A stretch of DNA of 63,813 bases, counting the filler, from Hyphochytrium catenoides (Eukaryota > Protista > Hyphochytriomycota): the NCBI GenBank assembly GCA_900088475.1. It is 9 parts of 9 records of this genome, joined end to end, with 100 filler letters (N's around TTAATTAATTAA, not from the genome) between each part and the next. Parts side by side here need not be neighbours in the genome. Positions count along the whole stretch, not along the records: positions 47,848 to 54,291 come from FLMG01002352.1; positions 54,392 to 55,978 come from FLMG01001091.1; positions 56,079 to 57,539 come from FLMG01001871.1; positions 57,640 to 63,813 come from FLMG01004197.1; 5 more parts are not named here. One strand, written 5' to 3'. Positions 48,301-59,881 of the stretch are shown in pieces; the stretch's first letter is position 1, and each line of letters begins with the position of its first letter. Made by a program: the position numbers and the translations under genes. The notes below the pieces were generated by a model, which searched no databases, was not told where the DNA came from, and saw only the letters and a program-made list of their open reading frames with translations.

Positions 48301-51300
48301 CTGGAGAAGATCCAAAGCTTTGTCAAGGTTCAGGGAGAAGACGACAATGCCGAAGACAATCAGACTGATCACGAAGAGTCTTGAGAGCAGCGTCGTGGGA
48401 ACAAAGTCTCCATAGCCCACAGAAGTGAGAGTGACGACCGTAAAATATAATGCGGATGACACTCCACCTGCAAGAGAAAGAGAGAGACACACAGAGAGAG
48501 ACACAATGAGAGAGGAAGAAAATGAGAGAGAAAAAAAGAGAGAGAAGAGGCAGCAGTTGAGTATCAGAAGGTAAGGAGCCTACACAAAACGCGGATACCC
48601 ATGATCAAGCTAGGGTCGAGGGAGAGCAAAGAAAGAAAGAGAGAAGCAAGGGGGGTGAAACAAGAGAGAGTGTAGAAAAGATACAGGGAACGAGAGGAAG
48701 AGAAAGAGGGACAGCCGCCAGAGAGAGAGAGCAAAACACATAGAGTGCGCAGCCAGAGAGAGAGAGGAGGGGAGAGAGAGAAGGAGAGAGAAACAGAGAA
48801 GCAGAGAGAGAGAGAGAGAAAAGAGAGAGAAAGAAATAGAGAGAGAGAAACAGAGAGAGAGAGAGAAACAGAGAGAGAGAGAGAGAGAGAAAAACAGAGA
48901 GAGAGAGAGAGAGAAGAGCAAAACCGCTTCGCGGCTGGCTCAGCGACTTACCTATCTCTCTGCAGTCCATGGTGTCGTCTTCTAGGTTAAGGTCTATGCT
49001 TGCTTCTCTCACCTGTCCCGTCGCGATGTTGGTGCAGCGCCAGACGTGAGCGATGAAAGTCTCCAGCCCAGGAATCTCTCCCAAGCTCTCCAACATGAAG
49101 ACGAGCCCCGAGGCGAAGAGGATTAACCAGGTCACGCGGAACCACAGTCTTAAGGAGAGAGGACGATGAGAAAGGAATTCAGAATGAGATCAAAGGTAAA
49201 GGGAGAGAAGGGAGAGAGCGCGAAGAGAGAGAATGTGCGAGGGAGAGAGAGAGAGAGAAATGAGAGGAAGAAGGGAAAAGAAAGAGTTCAAGATGCCCTA
49301 AACAATCAATAGGCAACACTAGTACGAGGCAAGGCACAGAAGGTGACGTGCAGCTCAGCCAAGAGAGCGCAACTCAAGCACAGAGAGAGAGAGAGACAGA
49401 GAGACAGAGAGACAGAGAGAGAGAGACAGAGAGAGAGAGAGGGAGAGAAGCTAAAATCTTCCTCCACCATTTCCTTACCTGAAGATCTGCACTCCCTTCG
49501 AGCTCCTGGGGAAGTTAGGGTCCACATCCTGGACGATTCTCCAGATGAGCAGCGTGCGCGCCCAGTCAAAGTCCATCCAGGTCCTGAAGGTCACTCCTTC
49601 CTCTTCCACTGCCGCGCCATACGCGATGGCGAAGTGTGAGGTGACGGCCGCGACGTCCATCACTTCAATGGGATGCAGGACAAAGGTTACCTTGTCCCTG
49701 GTTATCGTTGAGAAGGGAGGGAGAGAGAGAGAAAGAGAGAGAGAGAGAGAAAGAGAGAGAAACAGAGAGAGAGAGAAACAGAGAGAGAGAGAGAGAGATG
49801 GGAGACAGGTTAGAAAGCTTGAACATGTGGATGCAAATGGCCAAAGAGTCGGTGATCGCAAGGTGAAGATTGAAGCCGGAGAGGAGAGACTAAGTCAAGA
49901 GGGAAGCAAAGAAGCCTTCTGAGGAGACAGAAAGAGACCGAAACGCAGTCCAAGGGGAGAGTGGGCAAGGGTAACAGAAGTAATAGACCATTTTGCACAG
50001 AGAGAGAGAGAGAAAGAAGAAGAGAGAGAGAGAGAGAAGAGAGACTTTAGCTTCCTACCTAGCGGCTAGAAAGCGTACGATGTAGTCCATGATGCAGATG
50101 ATATAGAGGAAGGTCGCGATGTAATAAGGAAGAGTCACCACCCGATAACTGCCCATGCGTGCCACTGAATATAGTGATACGAGAGAGAGAGAGAGAGATG
50201 GAAAGAAAGGAAATTAGAATGGGGAAAGGGGAGGAAGAGGAGGAGCAAAGAAAAGAGAAAGGGCAATGGCCGTTGATCAATTACCAAGGTAATTTTTATG
50301 CCGAGGCGGCAATCACAGAGCGTGCAACAAAAGCAAGAAAGACAGACTGAGAGAGAGAAAGAGAGAAGGAGAAGAAGGGAGAGAGAACAGAGAACAGAGA
50401 CTCAACAACCCAGACAAAGAGCACAGGGAGCTGCAAATAGTAGATGGTTTGTTCCTGTCTCTTGACTTACTGAAGAGGACGTAGATGCCGATAGAGGCTA
50501 TCGTCTGACCCACACGGTTCTAAGGGACAGAAGACGGTCAGCCCACACAGATTGGAAGCGGGCGCAAGGAGACGTAGCTTCCAATGAAAGAGAGAGACAG
50601 AGAAAGAGATCTTTTTCTGATGGAACGACAGATCAAGGTTGTAGAGCAGAATAGATCGACTTTAAGAGGAAAGGCATTCCTGAGAAGCACTAGAGAGTAG
50701 CTGGAACTATGATCAGAAAGGATGAGAGAGAAAGAGCGAGAGCCAAGCTTCCGCCTCCCTCCCTCATATTTATTTCTCTCTCGGTCGCTCTCTCTCTCCC
50801 TTTCTTTCCCTTCTCTATGTCTCTGTCTCTCGTACCATGATGATGGCCGTGTCTGAGGTCCTGGCCCAGGCCATGAGGCGTGTGTTTCTCGAGTAAACTC
50901 TGTACTGGAGCATCGCCTGCACTGTCCGTCGATGGTAAAAGTAGACAGTCCCCGACCAGAGGATTGCAATCACCAAAAGACCTGACCACATAATGTTAGA
51001 GACAGAGAGAGAGAAAAAAAGGGGAAGAATGGGGAGAGAGGAGGAGCCAGACAGAGAGAGAAGTCGGAGAAAGGAAAGGGAGAGAAAGAGAAGGGAGAGA
51101 AAGAAACAGAGAGATGGTAGATGGGGTGAGCGACTATAGGAACGAAGGGAGAAGAGATAGAGACAGACAGATGGAGACTGAAGAGAGAAGAAGGATCAAA
51201 TTAAGTTAACGGAGGAAACGGGAGTTTTTAAGAGCGAACGACGAAGGAGACAGACAGAGGCAGAGGCGAGAAGAGATAGAGAAGAGGAGACGCGGAGAGA

Positions 51301-51588
51301 GAGAGAGGGAGAGAGACAGAGACAGAGACAGAGGCAGAGGCGAGAAGAGAAAGAGAAGTGGAGACGCGGGACAGAGGGAGAGAGAGAGAGAGAGAGAGAG
51401 AGTCACCTACCGGCCATGACATAGAGGATATAGAGGAGGTAGATGGAAGTGATGTTCCAGGAGACAATGCACCGCTTCAGCCATTTGTCGCTGTTCAAAG
51501 AGCAGACCAGCAGACCAGACTCCACCGTACCATTGACCACACAGGAGTTCTCACAGATGACAGCCCAACCGTCGGCCCAGCCGCCCAT
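48301..51588 (-). CDS. BK/Slo-like potassium channel alpha subunit, S0-S6 region; cytoplasmic C-terminus lost in gap
   Basis: Seven exons with consistent phases: Cys-rich N-terminus plus S0 (IYLLYILYVMAGLLVIAILW), S1 QTIASIGIYVLF, S2 ICIMDYIVRFLAARDK, S3 HPIEVMDV, S4 RTWMDFDWARTLLIWR, S5 LILFASGLVFMLESLGEIP, pore ALYFTVVTLTSVGYGDFVPTTLLSRLF, S6. Confidence 0.88.
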
Positions 51589-52494
51589 CTTCGGTCTCTC
51601 TCTCTCTCTCTCTTTCCTCTTCTTCTACTAGCGGAAGAGTGCTAAGAGGAGCACTGCCGATGCATCACGAGGGATGCAGGACCTGAGAGGGCCTGTCTGG
51701 GCGAGTGCGGAAGGCTGGCCATGCTCCCGGGCAGGCGAAGATGCGTTCACCAGTCGTCAATCCCTTTCTCTCCTTATGCTGCAGTCTCTCTCTCCCTTTT
51801 TTGATACTTAATGCTAAGAAGAGGGGAGCGTGCAAGGAAAACTAGATAGGAGAAGAGGTAGAGAGATGGTTAAGAGAGAAAGAGAGAAAGAGGAGAGCTG
51901 CACATGAGAAGAGGTCAAAGGTTAGACACGTAAGTAGAGGAGAGATGGAGACGTAGAGAGAGAAAGACTTCTTGATGCTTCTTGAGCCTCAGACATGAAG
52001 GAGAACAGAGATCGACAGAGATCTACAGAGCTCTGCAGCATGGAGGAGGAAGGACGACAGTCAATGGGAAGGGAGGAAAGACTAAGGAGCGCCTATGACA
52101 GTCGCGCCTTTCTCTCTCAATTCTCTTTTGTCCCCTCTCTCTCTCTCGGTGGATGCTATGTCGATGACTTGCCAAGTGCATGTGGTGCTGTAGACAGGCC
52201 CGTAGGGGAAGGAGAGAAGAGGAGGAGAGGGAGGAGTGAGTGCATGATGGAAGAGAAGCGATGACTGGTACTTTGACCACCAGGATGAGGTGAGGGGCGA
52301 GGGAGAAAGGGAAAGGAAGCAGAGAAGCGAAACGTGACTTGCAGTACAAGTAAGAGAATAAGATAATCCAGAGAGGGGAGAGAGGGGAGAGAGAGAGAGA
52401 GGGGGGGAGAGAGAGAGAGAGAGGGGAAAAGAGAGAGGAAAAAAAGAGAGAGAGAGAGAGAGAGAGGGGAAAAGAGAGAGAGGGAAAAAAAAAA

Positions 52495-52541
<47 letters not shown>

Positions 52542-53133
52542 AGAGAGAGAAGAGAGCAAGCATGCATTCTCCTTTGTTCCCGCATTTTCCTCCCTTGTAC
52601 TTGCCTGTGCCCTTCCTGTGGTGAACCATCTTCAGCACTTCTGGCCGACCTGATCATCAGCCGCCTAGCACCCGCAGCTTTAAATATCCATACAGTTCAA
52701 CACCTCTACATTAGCCGCCCCACATCAATCAACCCGCAGCCTTTTTAGGCTGACGCTTTTCTCCCATTTCTCCCCCTCTCTGTCTCTCATGTCCTTTGTA
52801 TCATTCTATACATTGGTCACGGAAACGTCTACTTTAATCTGTATCTCATTTGACTCTGTCTTACGGCCCCGTGCGTCAAATAGGCTTTCTCTCGCCTTTT
52901 TGTCTTTCCTCCCCCAGCCCTTTAGAGCCAAAAAAAGGGAAGTTTCAGCGAGCGAGAGACAAACAGCCAGCAGATTTGACACACCTTTGGGCGGTAGCCC
53001 ACTGTGTTTATGAGGAGGACTGCTTGGGCGGATGGCCCAAAGGAATGTCAGAGGACAAGAATAGCCGGAAGCACCACCCAGAAGAGCCAGGAAGGGCGAT
53101 TGTGGAGTCTCTTCCACTTTCCTCTTCTCTCTG

Positions 53134-53205
<72 letters not shown>

Positions 53206-53569
53206 CCTCTCTCTTCCTCTTCTTTTACGGAGTAATATTTACTACTCTATCATTACTCTCGAGGTTTCGTTTAGGTCTCTCTCTCTGTCGTCATCTATCT
53301 CTTCTCTCTCTTGTCTCTCTGTCTTCATTATCCCTCGACTGTATGCTTTCACTTTATGCTTCCCCTTCCTATCCCTATCCTTTCACTATCTCACAGTGTC
53401 TCTTCCTATAACCATCTAGAGCTCTGTCTTGTCCCAAGCCACATGCCTATGTGAGTTACCCCTATCTCTTTCTCACCCTCCTCATATCTCGTCTATAACT
53501 CTGTCTCTCATTTGTGCCCGCTATCTATGCTCTGAGAACCCCTGTCTTTGCTGGTCAGTCCTCCAACAG

Positions 53570-53722
53570 ACACAAAATGCCTTCAAATGTAGGGACATAG
53601 AAAACTTCAACACAATCATGCAAGCGTCGCACATGTTATTCCGAACATACCAAACAGCAATGGCGCTATCGGTGATCGGTACCATTCTTTTACTGTTATA
53701 TTGTATATACACTATCTTATTG
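53570..53722 (+). CDS. Possible exon of an unidentified membrane protein
   Basis: cag|TQNAFKCRDIENFNTIMQASHMLFRTYQTAMALSVIGTILLLLYCIYTILL|gtaatg; relatively AT-rich island between (CT)n tracts. No family recognised. Confidence 0.3.
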
Positions 53723-54090
53723 GTAATGCATTGATTGTAATGGCCGTTACTGGCTAGTGGTTGCAAATCTGTTCAGGAAAGGCTCCATCATGGCTTCCTC
53801 CGCTGTATCAAGTAGTTAAAATATACGATGCACAACTTCTCTCTCTCTCTCTCTCTCTTTTTCTCGGTCTCTCTCTCTCTTTCTCTCTCTCTCTTTCTCT
53901 CTGTCACTCTCTCTGTTTCTGTCTCTCTCTCTCTCGCTCGCTTTCTCACCCTCTCTTTCTCTCTCTCTCTCGCTCTTTCTCTCTCTCTCTCTCTCTCTCT
54001 CTTCCTCTCGCGCTCTCGCCCGCTCGATCGCTCTCGCGCTCTCGCGCTCTGCCTTTCTCTCTCTCCCCACCTTTCTACTCTTCTTTCTCT

Positions 54091-54132
<42 letters not shown>

Positions 54133-54335
54133 GTTCTGTGGGGAGCCAAAAGTGATCAGTTCTGATGCAGGAGGGGCCGGTGGCAGCGCACACCAATTTT
54201 CTGGGTTTCTCTTCAAAGGTTGATGGAGCTTCACGTGCCACTAGATCTCTTTTCCTTTGATGGGAAAGAGAGAGAGAGACTCCGGACAAGANNNNNNNNN
54301 NNNNNNNNNNNNNNNNNNNNNNNNNNNNNNNNNNN

Positions 54336-54347
54336 TTAATTAATTAA
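54336..54347. other. Artificial contig-join spacer TTAATTAATTAA
   Basis: Same N-flanked spacer. Confidence 0.95.
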
Positions 54348-54391
54348 NNNNNNNNNNNNNNNNNNNNNNNNNNNNNNNNNNNNNNNNNNNN

Positions 54392-54753
54392 TTAGCTGCT
54401 GTCTCTCCTGCTGCTCCGTCTTCTTGGAGAGAAGAGACAACTGCTGTCTCTTCCTCTTCTTCTCCTTCTCCAGTGGCAGCAGCGCCGGTGAGAGAGGCCG
54501 TGGCGCCTTGTTCCTCTTCCTCTGCTCCTCCATCTTCCCCGAAGAGAGATCTGGCGGCAGGAACATCGTCATCTTGTCCATCGTCATTGATATCTAGTGA
54601 GGCCTCTGGACCGTCATTGTCTAGGGTTTGTAGCACTCTTCCTTGTGAGGAGAGAGACACAGCCGGTGCATTGGCTTGAGCTTCGATGGAGAGAGAAGAG
54701 AGAGAGAGAGCGGCGATAAACGCCAAGAGAGAGGCAGTCGTGGCGAGCTTCAT
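54392..54753 (-). CDS. Secreted acidic protein, N-terminal fragment (signal peptide plus RxL motifs)
   Basis: MKLATTASLLAFIAALSLSSLSIEAQA signal peptide, then GRVLQ and ARSLF motifs each followed by D/E-rich segments; the frame stays open into the gap. Confidence 0.7.
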
Positions 54754-54849
54754 GCTCTGTCTTTGTTTCCTTGCTCCGTCTCCTTTTTTACTCTTGCTTT
54801 CTTTTTCTCGTTGCGTGAGAGAGTTTATCACGTCGCTGCTGTGCGTCCT

Positions 54850-54884
<35 letters not shown>

Positions 54885-55014
54885 TTCTTCCTTGTTCTCT
54901 CTTTGTTCCCTTAGCGGTTGGCTGGTAGTTTAGGCTTGTGTTCTAAAGGGAAACTTGAGAAGTGAGAAGTGAGGGCAGTGGTGAAGGTTCAGTGGTGGCT
55001 GCCGTGGGTGAGAG

Positions 55015-55052
<38 letters not shown>

Positions 55053-55206
55053 CAAGAGGGAAAAATTGGAGAATTCCCCTTCCCCTCTTCACGATCTTTC
55101 TCTTTAAACTTCCTTTCGTCTCTTCAGGACTAGTAGAGAGAGAAAGAGAGGAAGTAATTAGCGCCCCTCTATCTTGTCACCGTCTTTTCTCCCTTTGCTC
55201 TCCTAG

Positions 55207-55271
<65 letters not shown>

Positions 55272-55943
55272 TGTCTCTTTCCCCCGTTTGCGTCAGCCTT
55301 GCTATCTCGCAGCCGTCGCCAGAGTCTAAGAAAGACTTCAGTCGGATGTTTCTCCTTCTCACTGTCTGGAAAAATCACGATGAGATGTCTTTCTCTATTC
55401 CTCTCTCGCAAGCTGAGACCCCATATCCTGAGATTTTAAAAGGAGAGAGAGAGAAAAATCGAGAGAGAGAGAGAGAGAGAGAGAGAGCCACGTACTCAAG
55501 GACAGAGACGAGTAGAGAAAGCGCCTGACAAAGAAGAGAAAGTGAAAGTTGAGTTACCGCTGTCTGGGTCTAAGGCGTGCGGCGGCACAGTCTGGGACAG
55601 GGGGAGAGAGAGAGAAAGAAAGAGAGAAGCGCCCGCCTGTGATGCAGATTCTCTCTCTGCTTCCTACCTCCACAATACGATTCACAGTGATGCTCAAGTC
55701 TCCCTCTGTCCTCTTTCTCTCCTTCTCTTTCTATCCTTTTTCTCCCTCTTCTTTTCCCTCTGTCTCTCCATCATCTCCCGTCCTCTGCCCTTCTCTCTCT
55801 CTCTCTCTCTCTCCCTTTCTTTGCTTCTCCGTCTGTTCAAATATGATGTATCTTCTATAATTGCTGTCAGTCTTCAGTAGGTTCTGATAGAGATGCTCTC
55901 TTTCTCTCTCCCTTCTTTCCTCTCTGCCTTTATCCTACCTTTC

Positions 55944-55978
<35 letters not shown>

Positions 55979-56022
55979 NNNNNNNNNNNNNNNNNNNNNN
56001 NNNNNNNNNNNNNNNNNNNNNN

Positions 56023-56034
56023 TTAATTAATTAA
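56023..56034. other. Artificial contig-join spacer TTAATTAATTAA
   Basis: Same N-flanked spacer. Confidence 0.95.
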
Positions 56035-56601
56035 NNNNNNNNNNNNNNNNNNNNNNNNNNNNNNNNNNNNNNNNNNNNAGCGAAGAAGAGCTACAGGGGA
56101 CGAAGAGAGAGAAAGAGAGAGAGAGAAAATGTAAGAGAGAGAAGAGATAAAGAGAGAGAGAGGAGGTACCAATGAGAGTGCCGAGCAAGGGAAAGAAAGA
56201 AGGGCTCTATAGATATATTGATGACACTCTAATGTGTTACGAGCAGAGACCTTTAAAAAAGAAAGAGTTCCAGCAGCAGGACAGGCAAAGAACCCTAACT
56301 CTAACCAACTAACAGGAAGGCTCGAGAGGATGGTGATTAAGTCTAGGATCTTTCTCCTCTCTCTAAAAAGTAAGCCTTCTTTATAGTGCCGAAGTTCTGG
56401 AGGAAATAAAGCAAAGCTTACCTCATCGACATCCCTCGTCTTGAGACTCTTCCTGATGATCTTGCCTTTCTCACCACGTTTCCGGACCTCTAACCTCTTG
56501 AGGTGCTGGCGCAGCATTGACTTTCTGCTTCTTTTGCGTGGCTCTATAGCACCACTGCTCGTGTGCACCAGGTACAACTAGATAATAGTTCACGCTGTTG
56601 C

Positions 56602-56984
56602 TATTTTGGCAAGCACCAGGGGCGGACACCGCCCATAGTCCTGACGACACACTCCAAGTGTAGACATCGAGGCAATTCGGGACAATAGGGAATGGTGACA
56701 TCAACAACTTCCTAGATTGGCTTGATCGTGTCTGTCTGTTCCTCGCGTCTTCTCCAGTTAGAGAACAGTGAAGGTTCAACTTGACGAAGGCTACCGGTTA
56801 CCCGTCTTGTCGTCATTTGCCTCGAGCACAGTCGTTATCTCTTCGGGAAAGGCAAAGTCAAGACATTCTAAGTCGTTGATATTCGTCATTCCCTATTGGA
56901 GTCGTCGCAACCCCTCGCTGTCTACTCTTGGACGAGTCGTTAGAACTATGGGTGGTGTCCGCCCTTGCTATTTGCTCAAAAATA
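56602..56984. repeat. Diverged inverted repeat (arms ~56602-56725 and ~56858-56984)
   Basis: Reverse complement of the left arm (cattccctattg...cctcgatgtctacacttgga...gtcgtcaggactatgggcggtgtccgccc) aligns with the right arm (cattccctattg...cctcgctgtctactcttgga...gtcgttagaactatgggtggtgtccgccc). Confidence 0.85.
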
Positions 56985-57054
56985 TATACTAAGCACGTCC
57001 CAAAGAGCCACTGAGCTAGAGCAGGTTCCAATCACCTTGTCCGCAAGGAGCCGT

Positions 57055-57539
57055 CTAACCAGCATCCAGTCGACTGATTATCCTAATACACTCAGCCACG
57101 TGCTTCAACGTGGGGACTGCTGCCTTAGGGAAAGCATTTATCAGGCAAGGCATCCCACCCAATGGTTGTTGCAGAGCTACCCGCCGACGGTAGTCCAGCA
57201 TGGAGGTCAATGGCTGACATCCTAGGCTCCAACTCTCGAGAACCAATTGGACTAGGCTTTCTTGGTCCCGATGGATGCGTCATAATGTACGAGCGCTGCT
57301 AGGCAAGAAAGTGGCTTCGAAAGCAGGATTGCCTGTGTGGAGCTGGTCATACCAGATTTGGGTCGGAGAGTAATAAAGAAATGCCCATCCTCCCTCGAGG
57401 AAGTGCAAACGCCAGACATGACTCATCAAGGTCAGGAGTGCCACGTGGATGCCAAGTACATCATCATCGGCGATGACAGCTGATGCTTTGGCGCGTAGCT
57501 GTATGTCCTTTAGCACTAAAACCGCGGCCTCAATGTAGC
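57055..57539 (-). pseudogene. ~160-codon frame interrupted by one TGA; unidentified
   Basis: ORFs 57280-57516 and 57055-57246 are in the same frame, separated by a single TGA (...SSARTL*RIHRDQ...). Confidence 0.3.
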
Positions 57540-57583
57540 NNNNNNNNNNNNNNNNNNNNNNNNNNNNNNNNNNNNNNNNNNNN

Positions 57584-57595
57584 TTAATTAATTAA
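57584..57595. other. Artificial contig-join spacer TTAATTAATTAA
   Basis: Same N-flanked spacer. Confidence 0.95.
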
Positions 57596-57639
57596 NNNNN
57601 NNNNNNNNNNNNNNNNNNNNNNNNNNNNNNNNNNNNNNN

Positions 57640-57675
<36 letters not shown>

Positions 57676-57799
57676 GGAGATTGAGAGAGTGAAAGTGAGA
57701 GAGTGAGAAAGAGAGAGAAAAAAAGAGAGATGATCTGACAAGGAGAAGAAAAAGTGATGATGCGATATAAGAAGGAGCCCATCATGGGACAGGACAAGT

Positions 57800-59809
57800 A
57801 TGCAAAGACAACGGGATCTTGCGAGCAATAGCCCCCTTGGAGGGAGAGCCCTACCACAGCTAGCCAACAGTGGAGACGTAATGGAAAGACCGTCTTATGA
57901 CTAAAGGACGGCAGTCGCTGAAGAGAGTGCTAACTTGTCTCCGTTGTAGGACAATGTCCTCCGTCTCAGCTCTGAGATACTGGAAGCGCTCCGACGATGG
58001 TCTGGGCGGGATGATATTGACCAGGAAGAGACAGACCTGGCAAAGAAGGTGCGTCCATTTTCTAAGAAGTTGCCTCCTTTATATTCCATGCAGCAGCCCA
58101 TGTGTCTCCTTTTGGCCTTCGGTGCAAGTCACACTCGGAGCCTTCTTCTCTTTCTTCTTTGTCATTGTGGCGACTGTCGCTGGTCCTCATCTTTCCCTTT
58201 GATGATGCTGTCATATCCATGTCTGCTTCCTCCTCCGCTCTAGCTCCTGGTCCTCAAGGAACGTCTTGGCACTATTATGTGTCCCTCTCCGCTCTCTGTC
58301 CTAACTACTATGGCAACCTTCGTCCTATGCTGTAGGTGTACGAGGACTTCAACCGCTTCCCTGCTGCTGATGGGGCTTCTGAAGAGAGCTTGCGTCAGCA
58401 GATCAGCAATGAGATAACAAATGAGCCACTGAGGGCTTCTGAAGACCAAGACAACCAACAAGATACCTTCGTTTGTAAGCGCGAACGGGACACAGAGAAA
58501 AAGGAGGTTAGACGGTCGCTTACCTAGCTAAAGCTTGGATATCTGGCACCTTCCCTTGCTGTTCCCGTATTTTCCTTTATCTACTTATATCCGCGCACAT
58601 CAGGCCGAATTGTCTCCTTCTCTCCGTCGCTCTCTTCTCTCGTCTCTCGCTTTTTTGCTCTCTCTATATCACACTGTTTCTCTCTGCCTCTGGCATCAAG
58701 GATTTCGCTGTCTGCTTTGGAATTAGAGTCAGCTCCTTCTAGTCCTCTTTACGACGCAACTCGCAACTCCAGCTTAGTCTCTTTCTCATAATGGTTGACC
58801 TCGCGGCTTGCCCTGTTCCCTCTTGCCCAAGTCCGACCCCTTTCTTATTACCGTCTCTGATTATGATGTAGGCTGCCTCCCATGGTCCGCAGAGTGTCGG
58901 GGGCGAGAGATCGAAGGGTAATGAGCTCTTCAAGGCGGGACGGTTTGCCGAGGCGATTGCCGTTTATTCAAAGTGTTTAGATCTGGGCCCTGAACAGGAG
59001 GAGTTGCCTACCATCTATGCCAATAGAGCTATGGCTTATTTGAAGACGGAGGATCCCCAAGATAGGGAAAGGTGAGAGTGTGAAAAGAGGCTCGGCCGCT
59101 ATCAAGACTTGTGTCCAACCTCTCCCTTCTGAAATCCTTTATGAATCCTCTTTTCCCTTTCTCTCTTTCTCTCTTCCTCCGGCTCTCTCTCTCTCTCTTT
59201 CACTCCTTTTCTCTCTCTCTCTCTCTCTCTTTTTCTCTCTTCCCAGGGTCGAATGCGTGGACTCATCTGACGTGTTCCCACTCTTGGTGCTTGATGGCAG
59301 GGCGCTGGCAGATTGTGTGCAAGCACTAACTCTTCGACCAGATCATTTCAAGGCTCGGTATAGAAAGGCATCCGCACTTGTGGAGCTTCGTCGATGGCAA
59401 GAAGCACAGCAAGAGATCGATGACTTCCAGGAGAACTATTCCAAAGGAGCGGATCAGGCCACCATCAAGGCTTTTGAAACTCTAAAAGTTAGGGTTTCGT
59501 GGGAGGTGAAGCCACAGGACAAAGAGAGAGGCACCGGCAAGAGAGGAACTAGCGATCCAATCCCGATGGCAAGCGAAGCAATCGACAGTGTCAAGAGCAC
59601 AAAGAATCAGCATTTTGGCGGCGTCAGGGAGGAGGATGTTGATGACTCTGCCGTTCGAGTTCCAATGCCACGGAGACAGCTCACGGAAGAGAAAAACCTA
59701 GCCAAGGTGACTGTGATTGGGCTTCTGTCTAGTCCGCTTCTTCCCTTTGTTGGCGATCGGTACCTCTTGAAAGTGTGGCAGTATTTCCACACGCACACAC
59801 ACACACCTT

Positions 59810-59881
<72 letters not shown>

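Noticed and set aside
21568-57539. Stop-codon reassignment or selenocysteine to explain interrupted frames
   Set aside because: Conserved genes have no internal stops and end in ordinary TAA/TAG; interrupted frames use all three stops and lack a Sec-type context.
6926-57595. Recurrent TTAATTAATTAA as a biological motif or CRISPR-like repeat
   Set aside because: Always centred in 100-bp N gaps; a synthetic six-frame-stop linker. No repeat-spacer array is present.
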